From the NCBI GenBank assembly GCA_965637545.1, contig OZ281500.1, positions 19,778,001 to 19,842,000 of the forward strand: a DNA stretch of 64,000 nucleotides, written 5' to 3'. The notes beneath the pieces are model-generated. The model did not search any database and had not been told where the DNA came from. It saw only the letters and a list, made by a program, of their open reading frames with translations. The DNA is from Phallusia mammillata (Eukaryota). Position numbers and translations under genes: made by a program. Of this stretch, positions 36,414-48,318 are shown in pieces (position 1 is the stretch's first letter; every line of letters starts with the position of its first letter).

Positions 36414-39400
36414 TCAAGTTTTAGATGATTTAACTCCGGCAGATGTTGTGATAGCGCTGACTTGCAAATTTTTGGTAGAATTATCCTTGTATTTCGCCTT
36501 GGGAGAAATACCGCACATTTTTCTCAACACCGAAAATGTCTCATTCCGCATTGTGCTGCAAATCAAATCAAGGTTTTTAATGTAGCTGCATTTTAATAAG
36601 ACAGTGCTTAATTAGCACGCAAGCTATAGCTGAGAGAGTGAGATATATTGAAAATAAAATAGCCCTGTACCACATTAGGCTGTTGTGAAGTCAATCAACA
36701 TGGCAGAGTGAAATTACAATACCTGGAAGCTATATTGTAGAAAACAGGATTAAGGGATTCACTCAGCCTCAAACACATGTACTCAGCCATTCCAAACCAC
36801 CAGTTGAAGACGTGATCCTCATATGTGACTGCTTTTGTGCTCGTCACGTACATGTGGAATGCTAAAGCAGAAACAGATAGTAAGGTAGGTCTACAGCAGT
36901 GGTCCCCAGCCTTGGGTTCGCGGACCCCAATGGGTCCGTAAGATGGTTTCAAGGGGTCCGTGGAGGCAAACATTTTTAGTAGAATTAACAATTAACAGTA
37001 CAATATTTTTAGGTTCCCAAACCGTTTTTTTATAATCCTGCATATGAGTGCAAACTGTTTATCAAACCCTTGGATCAAGAAAACTAGTAATTGTTCATCC
37101 AATTTGACACACATTAACAATAGAACAACACACATTAACAATAGAACTTATTGTGCTTTGTTTCAAGCATTGTACACCAGAAAATTTATCTCTTCGTTGC
37201 ATTGACTGCTACGGTACAGAACTTTATTGAGATTGAAGGACTGTGAAGATTAATTACAATTTTGCCCCCAAAAGCGAAAGTATAATAACGTATAATGCAG
37301 GAAACGAAAAACATAACAAGACTAAATTACGTTGGGGGTCCGCGGACCTATACAATTTATAAAAGGGGTCCGTGACTACAAAAAGGTTGGGAACCACTGG
37401 TCTACAACATTTGTTTAAATCAGATTCTTCCAACTGCCACTAATTAACTTGTATGTGCATTGAAACCTAGACATCTTATGACGTAACAGTGCATCTGATG
37501 GTAGAGCTACTAACACCATACGTTTCGTGCTTAATTTTCGATAGGTGGCGTAAAGAGCTGAATTATTTATTTAGCGGCTAAAGACGGGTTGGTTTAGGAT
37601 GCAAATGTTTGAAAATTTTACATTAGTAACTAATTTTTCGGGTTAGTTATATTGAATTTTAAATGCTAATACCTTACCCCGACCCTAATAGCCCTAACCG
37701 TTAGCATTTTTTGAGATATACCGTTTCAAAAATTAGGCACTTTTGGATCACCTGAAACGTATGGTGTTAGTAGCTCTACCGCATCTGATAGTTTCTATCA
37801 TCACGCCATGTTTTGAACTCGAGTAGCCTGTGGTTTTGAGTGTTGTGGTGTGTGTTTTTTAACGAGGTCATTCCATTTTGACTTTTTAACGAGGTCATTC
37901 CATTTTGACTTTTTAACGAGGTCATTCCATCAATAATAGTCACATAGCATTTGGTCATGAGATTTTTTAGCAAAATTAATTGTGTCCATGTAAGCGATGA
38001 AGAAAAAATGTTGAGGTGCTTTAGTTTAGATTATCTTGCCATCATACAATATTTTACCTGTAAGAGGAATGTATCCAAACATATAGCTTCCAACTATCAG
38101 AGCAAGTTGTAGTACTGCTTGGTTCTCCTTTCTTTGTCGTTGAGCTTCGGTACATTTTTTGTCATTTGTTTTACCTATCACATATAGACATCCTTATTAA
38201 ACTTCACAAACGTATTTGTACGTTTTCAGACGAAAATTGAAATCAGTAATTTTTAACAGATTGTTGATTTTCTGTGTTGTTATGACTTAGTTTTATTGTG
38301 TTTTGGGTTGCCTCTTTTGTGTGAAATTCTAAAAGTACATTAATTGAAACTCTTTGTGAGAATACATTCATTTAAAAAGCAACTTCGTTACAATTACCTT
38401 AATATATAGCCTTAAATGTGAATTTAAACAGATACTCGCTTAAAAACATTTCAAAATAATCTCCAAGGTGTAAAGCACAGGTTCTCTTTTCAGAAAAAAA
38501 TTAAATATTGTTTTACCTTTAACTCTTTCATTGCGTCGCATGATTATAACGCCAGTTACTCCGAGGGAACACATGATAATCACACCCAGAGGAATATAAA
38601 ACAAAATTGGATATCCGACTCGCGCGAACAAGCGGAACTGTGGGATCCTGACAAAAAGATATACTTACTGTTATCCAACATATATAAGTATTTAAAAATT
38701 TTACTTTTAACAGGTCTGTTCATAATGTAAGATATTAGTTTTACTGAATTTATTATTGGCACAGCAAAATTACCAATGAAACACTACATGCGGATCTGTT
38801 TGTAAGTTTAGTTGTATATTGTTGTGGTTGGTCTGCTTCTGTTCGCCATACTGGGGTACACATGCAGGTAGCTTACATCTTGTTACATGCTTACGTACAG
38901 TCATTGATGTGCACTTTTTATCTATCGTTTTTTACATCTATTTGGGCCGTTATTTTCATCATTAAAATTACCAATATTTTGATATTGAGCACGACGGTCG
39001 AACCATTCTATCGACGCTTCTGTCAACTTTATGAGCATCAGTCCAGATCATAAAAGGTACGAAACCGGTTCCGATAGCAATGATCCAAATCACAAAAATA
39101 CATGCCTGTATTAGAAAATAGATTCCAGGTATTTATGTTACTCACACATAAATAAAAACGAAAAATCCTCTTTAAACGTAGGGGCCATGTACAAATCACA
39201 AAGCTTCAGATTTCTAATCAATGTTATATTAGAACATAAACTGTAAAATAAGTAGATCAAGTTTGTCTATATAAGGTTTTCCACAGAGTATCAAGGAAGC
39301 TTTTGTGTGTATACTTGTGAAAAAAACAGAAAGATTGCAAAGACCCAAATGCTTTTTGCTTGCGCTTAAGAAAACAGTTGTACCGTTATACTAATGCCAT

Positions 39401-41859
39401 TAAATATACGACAAAAAAACTTTTGACAATTTTCTCTAAATATGTCGGTTACTTATTTTATAACATACAGTTTTAGCACATTTAATAACACTTATCTCTC
39501 ATAGGAACACAATACACAAACTTGAAAAGTAATTTAATCATAAACATTACTGCCAAAGTACTGGGGTATATAGAATACATCGTGCAGACGTTTTAACAAT
39601 CTGTCATAAATTTCAGAATTACTTCCGGATTTATTCAAATTAGTTAAGGAAATGTCTGTTAGCAGGATTTTGCTGCTATTGTCTGAGCTTACTTTTGCAT
39701 GAAATAGCTTGATGACTTTGTAGTGATGTGGCCACATTATTGAGAAGAGCCGCAATAAAGAAAAGCAGAGAATATGAAAAGATGTTGAAATTGAAGTTGC
39801 GGTGTCTCCCGCCCAGAAAAACTAAAAAGAAGTTTTGTTTAAATTACTTACTGTATATTTTTGCTTTATTTATGGAATAGCATTTTTATTACAAACAGAG
39901 TTGTGCAGATAGACATACATTACTAATTAAAGCCTATGGTTAAGAGCTGCTCAGAGTATGTAAACATATTAAAAATTTAAACCAATAGGGTACTCTTATA
40001 ATTGAAATGACAAGTTTAGTAACAGATAAAAATCATCAACAGTTTGGCTTAAACTGACGATCACTGTTTGCCTAATTGCCTTTTTAAACTATAATACAGT
40101 AAAACCAATGGATGATAAAATCCTTGGTAAAACAGAATCAATCGGTACAAATAAAGAAATACATATTTCGCCTATATGTACTATCATTATTTTTTCTCCC
40201 TCGATTCGGTTCCAGATATGCGCTTGTTTCGTTTGGGTTTTGAGGTTGGTTCAGGTAGCTTTGGCAGTTAGTAACAGCAATCCCTTGTTTTATCGATATA
40301 CTGTTTTACTGCTTTTTATTTATTTTAGCGCGTTCGTTTTAGCACTCATTTTATATCGATTTGTATTTCGATTTCCAGGATCTTATGATGCCACATTGTC
40401 GAAATATATATTCCTTTATTTGAACCGACCGATTCTGTTTCACCAAGGATTTTATCGTCTATTGGTTTTACTGTCTTATAATTAAAATACGGGTGTAAAC
40501 ATTTGCGAGGTTTAGACCAAAGTTTGTTCGGACTAAAGGTTGAGCTAAACCAGCCTAATTATGCCTTTATTTGCCTAATTCTCCCCTTATAAGTCTGCTT
40601 CGGGCACCAACTTTAAACCCGCTTACAACTCTGGTTTAAATGTGGTTCGTTCACGCCAGTATAGCATGATAAAGTTAAGCAAAAAAGTTTTCCTTGCCTT
40701 GCAGAGAAATCCCGAAATAGTCCAATGGTCGAAGCCCCATGTTCGTCGATACAGAAAAAGCGGAGTTAATGTGGCCGAGATAAAGTCAGAAATACAAAGG
40801 CTGACAATGAAGAAGTTGAAGATAGTTCTGCGTGCAAGAATGTCTCACATTTATAAATATTGTTTTCATTTTAGTTTCACTGTTAAATTTATTAGAGATC
40901 TTCCTACACTTCTAACCGCATATTAATAGAAAAAAAATTTTCTGGGCACAAGTGAAGCACAAGACGGCTACTACTAGTCATACTACTACGTTATGAAAGC
41001 TAATTTGATAAAAAAAAACAAGTTCAAAGCAAGCATAAAATTAAATTAAGAAGGTTACTTGTTGGATGCCAATTTATCATTACTTTCTTAAATGAACATG
41101 AAACGAGTAACAAGATTGAAAATATAGCGAATGAAAAGAAGTATTGTTACCCAAGGTAAACAATCAAGGCCTTTGATCGAATTAATTTTGTTAAGAGGTT
41201 ACTTAATATTTCCACAGTTAAACCCGTTTTATTGTCACAGCTATATACAGTGGTGGGATTCAATTTTTTTTGTCAGTCGGTTCTATCACTAAAGTCATAT
41301 TTTTCAGTCGGTTCTGTTACAAAAAGTCCATTGATGGTAACCAGTAATGCTACCGGTCCGCTGATCTTATAAAATTTCGTAAGACGGTTCTATAGAACCG
41401 GTGCGAACCGGCTGAATCCCACCACTGGCTATATGTCACCTGAGTTTTGGGGTTCGAAGAATGACATAGGCGGTGAGAAGATTGGCGCATATTCCAAATG
41501 ACGCTGGAGGGAGCAAGACAGTCGCACTTGCAACAGTAGCAGTTGAATCGAACGGAAGACGATATGGCCTGATTACAAAAAAGAGCATCACCAGCTAAAA
41601 TGAACAAACGTGTGTTCATTACTGGGTCCATCACTCAAAAATCTTAGCACGCTAGGCCTATTGAAGGTGCCATACCAAATCAAGCCAAGCGTTTTTATGT
41701 GGCATAGGAAACATTAAAAAAACATATCTGGCAGCGGGATTCGAACCCGCTACCGGAGTCTTTATGTAAACAAAACGATGTAAATGGCACTTACTCTAAG
41801 GTAGCACTTTCATTTCCAGAACCGGTCTCAGGAATTTCGGTGGTGTTAATTTCCGACAT
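36414..41859 (-). CDS. Class A peptide-type GPCR, copy A2, 371 aa
   Basis: Nine exons: 41859-41795, 41568-41440, 40827-40698 (GC donor), 39821-39693, 39105-38972, 38647-38517, 38174-38058, 36861-36723, 36555-36414. Open frame of 1116 nt; same structure as A1 with a 6-nt in-frame deletion in ECL2. Confidence 0.85.
36897..37399. mobile_element. hAT (Charlie-like) MITE of about 500 bp
   Basis: TIRs CAGTGGTCCCCAGCCTT / AAGGTTGGGAACCACTG; 8-bp TSD gtctacag/gtctacaa; absent from the paralogous A1 intron. Confidence 0.85.
37500..37780. mobile_element. MITE with a 9-bp TSD (Mutator-like), TIR GGTAGAGCTACTAACACCATACGTTTC
   Basis: Perfect 27-bp TIRs; perfect TSD gcatctgat at 37491-37499 and 37781-37789. 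Confidence 0.9.
37856..37930. repeat. Minisatellite, 27-bp unit x about 2.7
   Basis: tttttaacgaggtcattccattttgac repeated head to tail. Confidence 0.9.
38779..38969. mobile_element. Degraded inverted pair of the Penelope-like tail family, abutting the GPCR-A2 exon-5 donor
   Basis: Left arm acactacatgcggatctgtttgtaagtt and right arm tttttacatctatttgggccgttattttcatcattaaa match 13645-13825. Confidence 0.55.
40097..40473. mobile_element. Tc1/mariner-pogo-like MITE with about 75-bp TIRs (CAGTAAAACC...)
   Basis: cagtaaaaccaatggatgataaaatccttggtaaaacagaatc... is mirrored by ...gattctgtttcaccaaggattttatcgtctattggttttactg; TA on the left, TC on the right. Confidence 0.8.
41248..41427. mobile_element. 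hAT MITE (TIR CAGTGGTGGGATTCA), inserted after the duplication
   Basis: Perfect 15-bp TIRs; TSD gctatata/gctatatg; the empty site is visible in A1 at about 32888-32896. Confidence 0.9.
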
Positions 41860-43231
41860 TTTATACGATGGGACAAGAGCAGATTAAAACGATAAATATC
41901 GGTAATGTGCAAGTACAGGCTTCCCTGAACAACAAAATATCCGATACGATATAACGAAAGTAATGGAAAGTCAAAAAACTGGAGTGCAAAAAACAAAACA
42001 AATACTTACATTCACAAATTTAAAATCACATAAAACGACTTACAAACTTTTGTGCTATGTACTTTTTAATTTAAACAGCATGTCACAGCTTGCTTCCATT
42101 ACGTTACTACACATTTTTCTTATAATACGCAAATCAGTTTGAAAAAACAGCGTGACTGTTTGATTTTTCTATTTGTTTATTATTGTTTGAAATATTAAAC
42201 TGCTTGATCGTCTAATACCTTGTTTCGTCTAACTGTTCAATCGAATTGCAAACATTTTTATATCTTTTTTGTCACACAAATAGTTTTTCTGACAAATATC
42301 TATACCATGGATTTCACGTTCTTATCTGACTTGTAATATGTTTTATACAGTTTTCTGCAATACGACACTGACAAGGATTTATTTACCTGTTTGGGTAAAG
42401 AAGAAATGGCATAGGAAAAGAAACCTAAGTCTTGTGGGAAACTCGCAGAACCACGATCGGTAGAGTATTACATTGAATAATTCAGTTCGCAAATGAATTT
42501 CTAATGAAAATCACTTTACAAGCCGTTCTGATTTCGCGATTACACGCGCCTGAATATTTAATTAGAAAACATGCGAAAAAAATTCGGCGTCAGGGCGAGT
42601 TGCGGATGTACGCTAAAGAAAACAGGAGATTTGAATTTCAGTGGTTTCATGGGGTGTGTTTGCACAGGTGTTTCAAGTACGAAAACATCAAAACTACAGA
42701 AGTTTAAAAGTAGGGCTGGATTTTTGAGTCGGGTTCGGGCAGAACTTGGTAAAAATAAAATCTGAAACAATGGCTTGATTAAGGCTGTAAGTGACATTCT
42801 GCTCACATTCGGATATAATGTGATGTGATTGTACATGCCCGCAAGGAGTGTATCCGAATATCTAATGTGGATATGCTCGCCAAATCCGTCCATATAACGG
42901 TAAATCTAACCTTTGGGCATTGCTTGGCTTCTGCTTAGAGGACATGTTCGGAATTTTAAACATACATTCAAAATCAAACAAAAAACATTTGAAGATACGA
43001 ATATTGTCTGCAGGCATTGTTTTGAAAAGAAAATACTGTTTTCGAAAATCCTTTTGAATAATGCTATATACACGGGAACAGCGTTTTGTACAGTCACCGC
43101 CATATTCACTTGAATAACATCTACTTTTGCATGTATATGCAACTCAAAATCAACCACTCTCAACGCACCAAAAACGACTCAAATCATTTGTGTCGTTTTC
43201 TGGTTTCGAAGGGAAAACAAACATATATCAT

Positions 43232-46200
43232 TTATGCTGCACTTTTTGCTTGATCTGGTGTTGAACTGGTGAGAGCAAAAACCTTCACTTGTTTTGAAGA
43301 CTCGTCTCGATCACGTGATTTTCGACATCGACACGCTCTGCTGAGCACGGACTTCGTTTCTTTGCGCATTGAACTGATGAAATAAAAAGTAAAAAATAAG
43401 GCTTACAGCTTTTCTTGCCTAGACTGTGTCAAAGTAAACTATGCGTGTTTAAGTATTGTAAACACATGGGCCTATTTTGAACTCAAACAACGCATGTTGT
43501 TACATTTTTTAGCCTAAAATTAATGCCAAAACTATAAAAGTTGTAAGACCGCGTTTGTGAACAAACAAAAACTATTGATAAGCCGTTCGATTCCTTTGGG
43601 CAAAGAAGACTACAAGGTCAACTTATTGCATACGGGGTGGAATGGTAAAAAAGGACAACCTTCAACATTTTGCTGCAGAAAAAAATTAAAATACTCTGAC
43701 CACAAGCAAGACTCGAGACGAAGATTGTATTTTTTTCTACCTGGAAGCCAGATTGTAGAAGATTGGATTGAGGCATTCACTCAATCTTAGAAGCATGTAT
43801 TCGGACATGCCAAACCACCAATGGACCACCTCATCATGATGTGTTATTGCTTTCGTTGTGGTCGCGTAGATGTGGTAAGCTGCGGAAGACAAATGCCAAG
43901 ATCTTAAACTTTATCAGCCTAAACCTAAACGGTGCGCACGTTTATTTTTATTTTTACAATTGATTCGCCCGTTTTTTTATCCTCGGGGCACACAAAAAGT
44001 AGCATGCTTAATTCCAGATGTAAAGTCGCATACATACATGTAAGCGAACCAGGGTCGAACCCGAATCGTTTTTAAAAAAGCCCGTTAAGGCTCAAAAGTT
44101 TTATTGACAGGCCTATATAAGAAGACATACATAATTGACAATAATAGACAAAAGTTTAAACAAGACGTTTTCGGGCTGTTGGGTGTTAGGTATAGTCTAG
44201 ATAAAAGCTACTTAGGTGGGTAATTTATATTTTAAAATAGTACGGACACAGAATGGAAAGTCAGTCCCGAATCAAGCCCGTTTGTTAAAAAAAAACGAAC
44301 ATGGCCCGAACCCAAACCCGAAAACCTAACCCGCGCCTACTTACAACTCTGGTCATATAAGTCCATATTGTGTACATATGGAAATGGAAAAAATATATAA
44401 ACGACATACACCGCAGGAACGCCCTTTTGTAAGTCACGTTTTTGGCTTTAAATGCTCATGAGATTGATATTTTCTTCACAAACAGATGAAGCCAAAGGAA
44501 AAATTAAAATAGGCGGGTCAAACAGCACAGCCTAATATGTTAAAAGTGCTCATATTGGATGCTGTGATCAGCAAACTGTCTACAATTAAAAGCTTATTTT
44601 CATGGAAACTACTCGTAGGTGGTAATTTTACAACGATAATTTGTCAATTTGTCGATAAACCTGAAACTCCGTTGGGTGTGTGCCAATATTTTATGAGCTT
44701 AAAAGTGCGGTTAATTCTGTTATAAGTACTAGTCTCTGATCACCTGTATGTGGGATATATCCTATGAGGAAGGAACCGACTATCAGCATTAGTTGAACAA
44801 TTGCTTGTTTTTCCTTTCGTTGTCTTAAAGCTTCTGCACCGCGTGGATACACACCGATTGATGTGGCATATCCTACACCAGACAAAAATCCATTCAATTT
44901 ACTTAGTTTGTTTTCAAAGTAAATTTGAGTTACTACGTTGTATTGGCCTTTCGCAATTAGTTGGAAATATGTTTTAAAGCAAAAGATCGGATAAAATCTA
45001 TGAAAAATTACAGGACTAAGTTATATGTTACAACACAGATATGGTTTAGAACTGGTTTGAAAACATTTAATGTTCAAAACTATTTATCAGACGGGAAATT
45101 CGTTCACTGAAGTATGTTAAATATTTGTAATAAAAGGTAGTTTTAAAAACATTTAAAACGGACTATTGATTCTGGCGTTTAAACGTTGTGTAGCTTTTTC
45201 GGGCTTGGTTATGGTTATAGTTTTAGTGCCAGTGTGTCGCATGTTTTCTTTTTCCCAGCGAAATAAACTCAACTCAATTGTGATAGTGAATCATACGCCA
45301 ACAAGACGTTTATGTAAATTATTGGACCCTTTTAAGTTATTCAGATCCACACCTATAGATCTTTGCCGTCTTCTTAGTTGCATAACCACCGCCACCGAAA
45401 TGGAGAAAACCAAAATGAGAGCGAATGGAACGTAGAAAAAAACTGCATAACCAAACACTGCGTAAGCCTTGAACTGCTGAAACCTATAACGACCAAACAA
45501 CAATAGTTAAAAACCCAAAATAAAAATGAAATAGTAATAATACAAACAAAAATAATGAGGTAAACATTTTTAAACGATACAAATCAGACGTGTCCAACCT
45601 GTAGCAGGGCAGGCCAAATGTGGCCCAATTAAATAAAGGTTGTGCGGTCTGCGAAGACCTTCCAAATTTTAAATGAAGTGTGAACCGCTAAAATATTTTA
45701 GTGCAGTGATAGCAAGCGACCCGGTTTTTCAGGGTGCTATTTTTATTGCATTTTTGCGTTTTCGTGTTAGTTGTGTATGTATACATGCGTGTTTGATATG
45801 CAACAGAGTAAAGACAACTCGTGGTTTACAAAGGTGCGGCCATGACTCGATAACTCATGTTTTTTGGAGTCCTTGCTTTTTTCCGAAACCGTTTAACGAT
45901 AACAATGTGATAAAGTGACAATGCAAACAAATTTGACTTGATTTAAATCCAACTTGACTTGAGACCAGTCTTCTAATTACGTTAAATGCATTACGCTCAT
46001 CAGTGATAAAGGTTGTCTCTCCTGGTGCAAACAATAAGGTTAGATAAAACAATCGTTACCAGTAAAGGCTGATGGTACAAGACGGCCATCCAGTCTCTTG
46101 GCTGAGAACAAATCTGTTCATTTTCCTTGCGCTCATCCAAATTGAAAAAGGAACAAATCCACAACCAACTGATAGGATCCATATACACAGAATGCACATC

Positions 46201-48318
46201 TGAAAAATATGGGTTTTGTTAGTTTATGAATCATATTTATATCAGCCACTAACTGAACGATCGTAAATATTTAATGAAAACGAAACTTGATGACAAGCAG
46301 CCATCGAATAACTAATTAACAAACAAAAATAACATTGCTCTACAAGGTTGGGAAGTAAAGTATAACACTTCTTAGTATTTTTTGGGTATCAAATATTTCA
46401 AAATTTCAAAAAAATGGATAAAAAGTCGAAGAATTTGATAGCCTTCAATAACTCATAAACGACACAATGAACACAGAAGAACATTGAAAAAACCTGAACT
46501 ACCTTAGCATGGACATCCTTGATTTTCTTGTATTGATGCGGAAAAGCGACAGTAAGAAGGCGGAAAAATGCAAAGCATAGAATGTGTAGAGAAGTTGCCA
46601 CCGACGTTCCATTATCGCCACCCCAAAATACCTAAAGCAAGTACAATACGCAAATTAAGAATCACAAAAAAGTACTAAAATCATATGTGTTTATCAGAGA
46701 TTGTTAACTTTTCGTCCCTAAAATTAAAAGTGCCCCACAAATCTCCTATCCCGCTAGCTTAATGAAACAAAATTCTACTCCACTAGTCCAAAACGATTTT
46801 AGTCTAAAACGATTATCTTTAAGAATTTTATTCACAACCTTTTCAAAAAGAAATAATCTGCGACGTCACAAAAGGGTATCGTCAGGTAAACCCATTCCAA
46901 AATATCAAATTTTTCCTTTTCCGGTAATTCTACAAGTTAAGAACCATAGCACTTGTAAAAAAAAAATATATTTTACGAGTACTGTGTGTTCACGACGATA
47001 TTTGAGCAAAATCACAAGTTTTCAAAAAGATTTCGAAAAAGCGTTTTTGTGATGCAGATTGTTTTTTTTTCTGTACCTTTCCTTACCTTGCACAAAAAGT
47101 TGGAGATGATCCAGTGATCGAATCCCCAAGTGCGACGATACAGAAAGAGTGGACTTAATATTGCTGATATCAGATCAGACACACACAAACTGGCGATGAA
47201 ATAGTTGAATATGGACCTAAAGTACACAAGTTTTAATTCCTAACTTAGATATTTCTACACAAACTTTATACAGTATATTAAACAATCACAAGTCACCAGA
47301 GATTCAGCAATAAAGACAGCAGTCGCGCACAATTTCACCTCAGTAATATACATTTTAGAATTATTTGAACAAGACACTGAAAATGTATATGATAATACTT
47401 ATGTGAATTATACAGGTATCTTGAAAAACAACGAAGTTTAGAGCCTGTTAAATAATTCAAACATTTTGCGTTTAGGTGGCTTTTCATATGTTCAAATAAC
47501 ACTCACCTTAAATGTGGTGCCTGAACTATGACATATATCGTAAGAATATTTGCACAAATTCCAAACACAGCAAGTGGAAGAAGAACCAAAGCACTCACTA
47601 ACACGCCGACAAAGTCAAACGGGGGTTGATAGTATCTATAAACAGGTAATCAGATTAAACAATCTATACTAGTTAGCATGGTTTTTATGTAAGTCCTGTT
47701 AGTAGGTAATAATTTACACATCTCCATCAAAGCTGCGCAATCAATTATGAGCAATAAAGTTAATTTGTAAGTACATTAACATTACTTACACCTATTACAC
47801 ATGAAACATCACAAAAGTCATCTATAAGATCTTTGTTCTGATATAATCGCTGTGCAGTCTAATCTATGTCATTTATGAGAGCTAAAGACGTAACAAACAA
47901 CCTTTTAGAGTACAGTTTTTTACATACAGGTTGAACTGAAGAGAAAAATCAAAGCCTAATTGAAACGCACAGCAGAATTGGGGACAAACTAATTAGGGAC
48001 TTGATCAGAGTCGGAATGTCGCACCATGCGCGTTTTTGGCTTAAAGCAACCTCCATAATCTGGACTTCAGCAAGTAAAGGCCTTTTGCGACTAAGTGTTT
48101 GAAATAGGACAAAATGCAAACACAACAAATGCTGCAGTACAATACTACTCGTTCTGGTTTAACATATTTTGACCCAAAGCACACCAAACTTTGTTCAAAA
48201 GTCATATTATTTATCACATATATATTTTAACTTACTGTAAAGTTAGGTTGAAAGCTTCGTTAGCCATGTTTGGTGCCACACTCATCGCTGATACGTTTGG
48301 GAAATCAGGAGAGCTCAT
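43232..48318 (-). CDS. Class A peptide-type GPCR, older paralog C, 383 aa
   Basis: Nine GT-AG exons: 48318-48236, 47635-47507, 47216-47087, 46631-46503, 46199-46060, 45483-45353, 44872-44744, 43879-43741, 43373-43232. Open frame of 1152 nt; intron positions identical to A1/A2. Motifs GICANILT, SDL, FLCK, FFRL, GYIP, NPIFY. Confidence 0.85.
44033..44351. mobile_element. hAT-like MITE family with ends CAGAGTTGTAA...TTACAACTCTG and GCCCGAACCCGA-rich interior
   Basis: Right end cttacaactctg; flanks gtcgcata/gtcatata. Related pieces at 32225-32345, 35246-35451 (cut by the duplication junction), 40490-40633, 50895-50970 and 54865-55089. Boundaries approximate. Confidence 0.6.

Larger units (their letters stand above)
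28778..44232. repeat. Tandem segmental duplication: unit 1 at about 28778-35451, unit 2 at about 35452-44232
   Basis: Colinear similarity across coronin exon 1 and upstream region, the whole GPCR-A gene, its promoter region and GPCR-C exon 8. At about 35452 the sequence switches from matching about 44230 to matching about 28779 (gacatgga..tttaaa). Confidence 0.85.

Noticed and set aside
37856-37930. Direct repeats here and at 53374-53438 as CRISPR-like arrays
   Set aside because: Head-to-tail units with no spacers, in eukaryotic introns; no cas genes.
40108-40485. 125-aa hydrophobic ORF
   Set aside because: Lies wholly within a TIR-bounded MITE; no transposase motifs.
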